64,000 nucleotides of DNA, taken from NCBI RefSeq assembly GCF_963921235.1, contig NC_086097.1, forward strand, positions 77,006,001-77,070,000, in the 5' to 3' direction. The notes under the pieces were generated by a model. It was given only the letters and a program-made list of their open reading frames with translations. It did not search any database and was not told where the DNA came from. A program made the position numbers and the translations under genes. Below are positions 55,186-64,000 of this stretch, piece after piece (within the stretch, counting starts at the first letter, position 1; the number at the start of each line of letters is the position of its first letter). Source of the stretch: Mobula hypostoma. Taxonomy: Eukaryota.

Positions 55186-56329
55186 GTAGGACATACAGGG
55201 TTAATGGTAAGGCACTGAGGAGTGCAGTGGAACAGAGGGATCTGGGAATACAGATACAAAATTCCCTAAAAGTGGCATCACAGGTAGATAGGGTCGTAAA
55301 GAGAGCTTTTGGTACATTGGCCTTTATTAATCAAAGTATTGAGTGGAAGAGCTGGAATGTTATGATGAGGTTGTATAAGGCATTGGTGAGGCCGAATCTG
55401 GAGTATTGTGTTCAGTTTTGGTCACCAAATTACAGGAAGGATATAAATAAGGTTGAAAGAGTGCAGAGAAGGTTTACAAGGATGTTGCCGGGACTTGAGA
55501 AACTCAGTTACAGAGAAAGGTTGAATAGGTTGGGACTTTATTCCCTGGAGCATAGAAGAATGAGGGGAGATTTGAGAGGTATATATAATTATGATGGGTA
55601 TAGATAGAGTGAATGCAAGCAGGCTTTTTCCACTGAGGCAAGGGGAGAAAAAAACCAGAGGACATGGGTTTAGGGTGAGGGGGGAGAAGTTTAAAGGGAA
55701 CATTGGGGGGGCTTCTTCACACAGAGAGTGGTGGGAGTATGGAATGAGCTGCCAGACGAGGTGGTAAATGCGAGTTCTTTTTTAATATTTAGGAATAAGT
55801 TGGACAGATACATGGATGGGAGGTGTATGGAGGGATATAGTCCGTGTGCAGGTCAGTGGGACTAGGCAGAAAATGGTTCGGCACAGCCAAGAAGGGCCAA
55901 AAGGCCTGTTTCTGTGCTGTAGTTTCTATGGTTTCTATGGTCTATGTTCCATCTATTCATTTAAGGAGTTTCTCAAATACATGCAGCACACAGGATATAA
56001 ATATCTAACCACCTCTGATTTTACTGGAACTGGCCCCATTAGTTAGACTCACCCTTCTTTTGAAAATTGGTTTGAAGTAGATTAAAGGGGCACCTAGGGA
56101 CTTGGTGAATGATGGTACCAGTATTTCATCACCTTAACCATTAAGACTGAAGGATAGTGAAAGAAACAAATAAAGAAGAGTAAATTATACTGAAACTAGA
56201 TACAGAGCGAAATAAAGAGGGGGGAAAGAAGGAGTGGATTAAAATGCTAAGAGACAAAAAAACACTTGAAAACTTTACAGAGACAAAAATAACCCTGAAA
56301 ACTTTACAGTTAAGATTTTTCAAAAACAG

Positions 56330-56670
56330 AGTCATAAAGAGACATAACATGCAGAAACAAGCTTTTTGGCCCACTGGTCCATGCTGTCCGTCAAGCAGTC
56401 AATACACTAAAACTATGTTAATCACATACTTTATTCTGGCTAGCTCACCCACATCCTATCACTCACCGATACAATAGAGAGAATTTTCGGTGGCCCATTA
56501 ACCTACCAAAATGCACATTTTTGGGATGCGATAATAATGCAGAACATTCGGAGGACCTACATGGTGATATGGAGAAGGTATAAACCCTAAACAGGCAGCA
56601 TCTGAGGTCAGGGTCCAATCTGGGTCTCTGGGGCCAAGAGCAGCAATTTTACAGCACCACTACTGCGCCG
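56330..56670 (-). mobile_element. Degenerate V-SINE (HE1-like)
   Basis: Reverse-complement similarity to 25677-25935 (attaacctacc...tttttgggatg...). Confidence 0.5.
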
Positions 56671-57020
56671 GTCTTAATTTTAAGTTGTGGTCATTAGTTA
56701 TCGCATTAATTAGTCATTAATGCATACATTTATCAAATTTTTGTCATTCACAAAAATGCAAATAGCTCAGTAAATAGTGACTCATAATTTAGTTATATCT
56801 TTGTTACCACAAGCTAATGAATAATTTGCACAATAATAACAAAAGTATCATCAAATTTAATTTTACTTTGACAGCAAATAGAGAAAAAAAATCACGTTTA
56901 ATTGTTAATATACAGAGAAAGATATTTTGTTTAATCACTGAAGTGTACAAAGTATCTTAAGTTTGCTTTATATATTAACCTGTATATTGAAAAAGGATCT
57001 AGTGCTTTCTTGGAGTATAT

Positions 57021-57190
57021 GATGAATAAATTCTTCTCTGGCTTCCAGCCGGGAGCAGGTATTGATTATATGTTTCAATGACAAACTCTGCCATCTTCAT
57101 CAGGGATGATGCCTATTGAAGATGGCAGAGTTTGCCATTGAAGTGTTGGTTAAAATCGATACTTGTACCCAGCTGGAAGCCTAAGAAGAG
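57021..57190. mobile_element. Palindromic mini-copy of a third PLE-like family with its own hammerhead-like core
   Basis: Inverted arms (ggcttccagccggg...acaaactctgccatcttca / tgaagatggcagagtttg...cccagctggaagcc). Minus strand CTGATGA-a-gatggcag ag tttgtcatt-GAAAC at 57103-57072. Confidence 0.6.
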
Positions 57191-57264
57191 CCTGGATATT
57201 ATTTATTGAATTTTTCAGGAGAGCATTAATTACTACCATCCCACTGTAAATTCAGAGATGGGAC

Positions 57265-58031
57265 TGTGCAATGGGCTGGATTAATCAGATCCAAGCTATC
57301 CGAGCGTTCAGGAGATGTGGTAAAAGTGTGCAACCACACCAAAGTAACTTCAACCTAATTTATCATTTAAAAAAAAGGCACAAATAAACCATGCAAAATG
57401 CTACATAGCAAGTCACAAAGATTTCAGGGCTCAAGATTCTTGGTCATCCCTGTTGTCGGGGGAATTCCAACTCACTCATAAAACCACCATGATCGCAATT
57501 TCCAATCCTTGGTTGAAGTCCACACAGACATACAGAGAAAGACGAACTCATTGATCATTTGTCTCAACACAGCCTGCTTTTTTTTAAAACACATCCTGTG
57601 TCCATTAACACAGTTTTCAGCGTACCCTCATAAATCAAATAGACACTTTGATGATCACTCTCCGTAATCTTGTAGCACACAACATTCCTTGGACTTACAA
57701 AAGGACATTAATGTCTATATACATAAACAATAAGCTCGAATGTAGACACTAAGAAAGAATCCACCAACCCCGCCCTCAAAGTGACCAACAGACATTTAGT
57801 CACTCACAGACAATAACAGACCATAAGACTATAAAACTTAGAAGCAGAATTAGGCCATTCAGCCCATCAAGTCTTTTCCAGTGTTTACAGACCTACAGTA
57901 TTTGCTCTGAACAGACACTTCACAAACATTACCCACTATCAGACCACACATGCAAGACGATCAGAAAGAGCTAAGTTGTCACTTTGAGTTTCCAGGCACT
58001 CATCCAATGTTCTACGAAATCTAATTTCACA
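57265..58031 (-). repeat. 3' LTR of the ERV
   Basis: TGT...CA termini on the minus strand. Long direct repeat of 63276-64000 (e.g. gcgtaccctcataaatcaaata, acataaacaataagctcgaatg). Confidence 0.85.
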
Positions 58032-61000
58032 TTTCACCCCTTGAATGTCTGGCAGTATAAAGTCGCACAGAACTCTTCCTTCTGCTTAAAATGAAGAATA
58101 CCTATTAATAGCCCTTGGATGGCTAGAACTAATATTATCACCATAATTAAAATTTGAGAAATTATACAGATCCAAGTATAAACCTCAATATTCACATTAA
58201 AGGTCCTCATCTGTAAAAGGGGGGCGGGGTGGAATTAACAACGTCTCATTGACCATTCAAACAATGAGTAAGATTTACAAATTCTACATTGTGATCAGGG
58301 ATGCAAGAGTCAGATTACAATCAATTTATCACTTGTTTCACAAAAAAAAACTATATGAGGCCAGTCACTCTAGGTTTACAACATTCCCTCACAGTTAAAG
58401 GCCCCCAGCATATCATATAATGTACATCTTTTCCCCAAAGAATAATATCACTTTTACAAATTACAAAGTTATCAGTGGCTTGTTAGGTTAACAGAAATCC
58501 AACATCCAACAAAACACAAGACAAGCACTGAAGTAGAACAAAACAACATTCTGACAGGAACACTTAAAAACAAAAGTGGATAGATAGTTAGAAATGTTTT
58601 CATTCCCTGTTACCCGTGTCCACACAGAGAGGATGAGACCCATCCTCCTACCATCACCCAGTATGTATTTCCTTGTCCTTTGGCTCCATTGGAGGGGAGG
58701 TAGGGTATGTCACTCATAATATAGCCCCCTTGCAGAACTGAATTGTCTCTTTATCAGCACGTTCAGTTGTGCTATCACGTACAAAAGGAATAGATCATCC
58801 TGTCATTAACAAAAAGGGAGTGCCTCCCTTCAAAATGAGATTGTTCAAATTTTACAAAGCACGGGGAAGGACAGGTAATCAACCAAACAAAGTCATGGCA
58901 GGAGTAAGTAAATACATTTGCTGTTTTAATAGGCCATTCATTTGTTCAACCTGAAAGTGAAAACAATTATTGGATTGAATTTCAAGTAGATCGCCATATG
59001 CATAAGCAAGATGTTCTAATCCCCAAAGTGTCCACCGTAAGTACTGGAATCACTTCTGTAAAGGAAGGGGACTGAATAGTCTGTTGCCAAATCTGAGCAG
59101 AGGCACACCCATGGTGTAAGGCAGCCAAGGGTCATTTTACAAGCTATCAGTCCTTGGTTTTTAAAATTAGCTACAATTCCCTACTGCTGTACAAGTACAT
59201 CGGTGGGAAGGAATAATCCACACAGCCTAGACTACTCCACAGTACTCTGTACCAACAAATGACCAGAAGGCTCATGGAACTACCAGACGAGTGGCCATTA
59301 TGGTATTTGAGGCTGAGGGCCGCATCAACACAAGCAAGTTTGTCAGCATCATTGTTACATCAAATCATGTTTCAAATGGGTGTCGAATTGGTAACGTGCT
59401 GATTGCCTCCAAGTGTCCTTCCGTAACTCTACTCTCCAGAAGGTACACCCCATAAAAGTACAAGTCTGCTGGTTCCACTGGGACAACCAGACAGCAAGTC
59501 CATTAGCAACAGCCCAAAAATCGGAATAAATATGGGCTTCTTCGGGTTCATGCATAATGACAGTACGCACTGCTAAAAACTCTGCATATTTACTCGGCCC
59601 ATCAGAGCCTCCCTTTTTCAAAACTTGCTGTGTGAGAGGATTAACAACAACAGCCTTCCAAACACAATGAGCATTCTTCCACATCACAGAGCCATCGGTG
59701 AACCAGGCATGCTGCCGTTGAGCAGGAGTAAGAAGATCAAAGTCAAGACTTCAACCAGAGTAGTTTCAGGTGAAGGTGTCAAAGCTTGAGGGGATTCAGC
59801 GACCAGTTCATGTACTTTATTAATTCTGTCTGGTCCCTTTGATGCTCATTCTGAAATACATCATTTCCACTTAACAACTGAACTCTGTTGTGCACCCCCC
59901 TACCTTATGAGTGAGTGTGTCAGAGAGTACCCACCCCATGATGGGAAGGTCAGGGCGTACTCCGTGGTGGTCACCTCCATGCTGCTGACACTATGAAGAC
60001 TGCCCCAGCTGCTGTGCTCCTTGCCTGCTAATATAATGAACTGATAAGGCTTTGGCTACTCTGGGCTGCTCCAGGGTTTGGATCTGAGGACTCAATTTTG
60101 GTTGGGAATGCTGTTGTTTGCTTCAAATATTTTCATGATTTTGTTTTCTCTTCTGCATTGAATGTTGTTGGTCTTTATTTTTTGTTTTTATTCTTTGTTT
60201 TCTTTAATTGGGTACTTTCAGATTTCTCGTTTTGTGGCTACCAGTGAGCATGCAAATCTCAAGGTTGTATCGTTTATACTTGGATAATAAATGGATCTCG
60301 AATCTTTAGAGAGATGAGAGAATGTCCCATCTGTGTTTCAGTCTCTGTCAAAGCCCAGCAGCAGGCAAGAAGTTATTTCTCAAATGCAGTGTATCTAAAG
60401 ACAGCATCAGGAAGCTTTTGGAACCACAAACCCAGAGGCATGTTCCTTCCTCCATACTTCTACCATAGGCTCTGGACAGCCACATCAACGTTAACAGAAA
60501 CTTGCAATTCAAAGGGGAGGCCCTCTCAATGAGGAGATTGAGGTAATGCAGAGGCGACAGCCTCAAAAACTGATGTTGTTTGGGGCCCCAATACAAAACT
60601 ACATTTCTTTCTGGTCACAGCATACAAGGGTTGGTGGAGCATAGTCAAATGCAGTATGTAGTGCCGACAGTATCCCAAAAGGCCAACAAAGCCAAAATAA
60701 GGTCCATGACATAGCGTTACCAACAAAACAGGAAGCCCTTTCATCCTGGAGGGAGGAGTGCTATGCCTAGGATCTTATTTCCAACCTTATCAGGAATGAT
60801 CCTATCGTTTTTAGTCCATTGTATTCATAGAAAATGAACAATCGCAGCTGGGTCCTGTACTTTATCCGGGGTTAATTTCCCATCCCCTCGATCGCAGGTG
60901 ATCAAAGTATTAAGGCTTTGGAAACCTCCTCTTCAGAGGATCCCTGCAATAGCACATCATCTATATAATCAGCTACTTTAATGCTGGGGTACAGGACATA

Positions 61001-63275
61001 GTCAATAAATCCTGCGCTACGATGTTACGGCAAATAGTAGGACTATGGACATATGCCTGTGGAAGACATGAAAAGGTGTACTGAGGGCCATTCCACATAA
61101 AAGCAAACTGATCTTGGGACTGCTCAGCAATAAGGATGGAGAAGAAAGCACTAGCCAAATCAGTAACAGCATAATAACTGTCAGCCCCACTACAGAAGTC
61201 CTCAATCAGGATCACAACATCTGGAACAGCTGTGGCCTGCAGAGGGGCAAACCGATTTGACTGGTGATAATCAATGGTCATACACCATGAAGCGTCAGGT
61301 TTCTGAACTAGCCAGACAGAGTTATTAAAAGGGGATGTGGCAGGATTAAGAACCCCCAATTTAGAAGGGATTTGACTGTCTCATCGATTTCCTTATGCCC
61401 TCCCGGGAGCCAATGTTGCTTGGCAATCACTATGTGCAATGGCAAGGGTATAAAGACAGGTTCCCATTTTGACTTTCCAACCAGAATAGACACCTTCCCA
61501 ATACCAAAAGCAAATTTGCCAAAGGGTGTCGTGATCGAAGTTCCCCTTAACAAATCAATTCCCAAAATGGTTTCAGGTACCTGGGAGAGGAGCATGGGAC
61601 AGACCAAGGAGATACAGCGAGGTGGGCCTTTTGTTTGTACAGCATCCATAACCGATCCTCCATATCCCTGGATACAGATTCAGAGTTCCATGCAATAAGT
61701 AACCTCAGCCTCCACCAGGCTGATTCGCTGCCTCGTATTTACTGTGTGAACACCAAAGGGTAATAGCTATGTATGGCTTCAGGTTTCCCCCGGGACACCG
61801 GAAATGAGTTTCCATAGCAAATTGGTAGTCCCAGAGCTTTAACCATACCCCTAGGTGACGGGTTGAGTAACACGCCTTCCAAGGTTCAATTCACAGGTCT
61901 GAATATAACTAGGGAACATTCCACTTTTTGGGATTAATGTTACATTTTGGTGTGGGGCAGAGAAGCAACCAATCCCTTTGACTGAGCAATAGAATGCAAC
62001 CCACCTGGGTCACAACGGTCATGGTATAACGCAAAAAGAACACCAGCTGGTACACTATTAATTCTTTCCTTATCCAGCCATGTCTTCAGCAGGGACAGAA
62101 CATTTCCTATGGCAGGAAGAGGGGCTCTTTGATACTGACTGCTAGGGCACGGTCATTGGCTGCTTTAGGGCATTCCTAGTTCCATTCACCATGCACCCAG
62201 AATGCCCCTACTGCTGCCGGGATTCAAAAGCAGCCCCATTCCCATTGCTCCCATTCCCAATCTACATCCGACCCTTCCAGATAGGCCAATAGACTACTAG
62301 TCTCTTGCAATTAGCCCAAATAGAGCCACAAGATGCCTCACCACCATGAATGTCCCCATCCCATCAATCGGATGTGCATACCAAGGGAAGAGGAGACAGC
62401 CAATGGTAAGACTGTGATGCCATATCACAGAGGCGTGAATTAGCCTCCAAAGGTGGGGTTCCAAGTATGAGGACACTCATCCCAATCCAAAGGAGCAGGG
62501 TAGCAAGCACGGACAGCTTGTATGGTCAGTGCCCACAGGAATCATTCGAACTCAGCAGCCTCACTGGCCCGCAATTCAGTCGGGACCAATGGTTCCGCCG
62601 TTAATGACCCTAACTGAATCAATTCATGCACATTAAAAAACATTTAGCCTTTGGGCTAAATCCTCTAACTAGGTAATGTAGTTAAGGATACTGGTCTCAG
62701 TGGTGGTAGGGACAGTCACCACAGCTTGATTTTATTCATCAGCATTCCAGCGATCCTCTCTAAAGTTTGCATATCTGATTCTATTGTTTTCGTCCCCATC
62801 TGAATTGTCATCGTACAATATCTTCCCGACAGCCACGGCAGTCTATTTAGGCTTGGAGCATTTAGTGTGCTCCTGCCCCACTTGTGGCATGTCACTTAAA
62901 ATAGTGATCTGAGAACTCAAAGAGGCCAACTCATACTACAGTCACCTGTTTTCTTCAGAAAGCTTAGCTGGTTCAATACTCAGCAGCCACAATGCAGTCA
63001 TAAAATTTATCCCTACAGAGGCAGAGAATCCCTTTTAGAGGGAAAAACTATATGCTTAAGGCACTGTGATACTATAAATTGTAGTTTAACACCAGACAAT
63101 TTAGCAAATACCTTCTCCTTACATTCAGGAGGACCCATTTATTCAGAACATTAGTCAGCGATCCAAAATCCTCACAGTTATTTGTCCATCCATGGATCTG
63201 ATAAGTCTTCGGGACCTGTACACTCAACTTGCTTCTCAACCTTCACATTTTCCTAGATCCTGCTCGCAGCACTGA

Positions 63276-64000
63276 AGTTCAATGGGCTGGAATGATCAGA
63301 CTCAAACTATTCAAGTGTCTGGGAGCCATAGGAATAAGCGTACAAGCATAACAAAGTAAGTTAAACCTAATTTATCATAGAAGAGAAAGCACAAATAAGT
63401 CACACACAATACTACATAACTCACAAAGATCGTTGCAAACCACAAAGACTTCAGGGCTCACGACTCTCAGTCACCATTTGATTGTCGTTGTCATTGAGAG
63501 AACTCCAAACTATGACTTGCACATGAAGCTACCCCCGGGTCCCAGGCATAAATCGTGATTTCCAATCCTTGGTTGAAGTTCAACGAAGCTGAGAAAGGTA
63601 GCCCAATATAATCACAAGCTTCACAAGGCAGAGACACACAGAGACCATCTCTTTGATCTTTTGTCTCAACATAGCCTGCTTTTTTTTCCAAACACATCCT
63701 ATGTCCTTTAACACAGTGTTCAGCTTCAGCGTACCCTCATAAATCAAATAAACGTTTTGATGGTCACTCTCCATTATCTCGTAGCACACAACATTTCTTG
63801 GACTTACAGAAGGACATTAATGTCTACACACATAAACAATAAGCTCGAATGCAGATACTAAGAAAGAATCTATCAACTCAGCCCTCAAAGTGACCAACAG
63901 ACTTTTGTCTAGTCACTAATGTGTAGTCTAGTCACTTTTGTGTAGTCACTAATAGACCTACAGTGTTTACTCTGTAAAGGCACTTCGCAAACATTACCCA
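63276..64000 (-). repeat. 5' LTR of the ERV (truncated by the window end)
   Basis: Direct repeat of 57265-57935, with the PBS immediately adjacent. Confidence 0.85.

Larger units (their letters stand above)
52455..55947 (+). mobile_element. Young CR1 LINE: ORF1 SGNH C-terminus and ORF2 (753-aa open EN+RT), interrupted by a PLE mini-copy
   Basis: ORF 52524..52787 (DRLHLN), ORF 52790..55051, continuation in ORF 55002..55607; tail (tttctatgg)n. Confidence 0.95.
57265..64000 (-). mobile_element. Class III (ERV-L/ERV-S-like) endogenous retrovirus, env-less, decayed; 5' LTR runs off the window
   Basis: LTRs 57265-58031 and about 63276->64000; PPT aaggggtgaaa|TGT at 58042-58032; tRNA-Ser-like PBS near 63257-63274. 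RT DLASAFFSI...QDQFAFMW...LPQAYVHSPTIC and YIDD near 60960. RNase H WFTDGS and IYSDFWAVANGLAVW; integrase WQxDYxxPLP and EQMNGLLK. Confidence 0.85.

Noticed and set aside
58043..58600. env or accessory gene in the ERV
   Set aside because: The interval is too short and has no ORF or recognisable motif; no dUTPase motif was recognised either.
43917..64000. AVEN upstream exons (expected SNWDRY-type motif)
   Set aside because: Not found by eye; they probably lie beyond the window end.

Overview
Vertebrate genomic DNA, probably an elasmobranch (shark/ray); this is inferred from HE1/V-SINE-like and CR1 repeats, not determined. The + strand carries the last nine coding exons of ryanodine receptor 3 (RYR3, 840-24107; pore GGGIGD, ending ...RKQYEDQLG*). 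The - strand carries the last four coding exons of AVEN (43916-25334; ending ...EELEDWLDSMIS*), tail-to-tail with RYR3 and about 1.2 kb stop to stop. All exons have GT-AG boundaries and matching phases. The introns are dense with transposable elements: two Tc1 transposons, a four-TIR composite non-autonomous element, many CR1 and Rex/Babar-like LINEs, V-SINEs and Deu-SINEs, and an old Gypsy element with nested inserts. There is also an env-less class III (ERV-L/ERV-S-like) provirus. The most notable pattern is three distinct Penelope-like element (PLE) families, each with its own minimal hammerhead-ribozyme motif. The youngest family has left 40-220 bp TSD-flanked mini-copies, several of them fold-back palindromes whose inversion or truncation points cluster at the ribozyme core.
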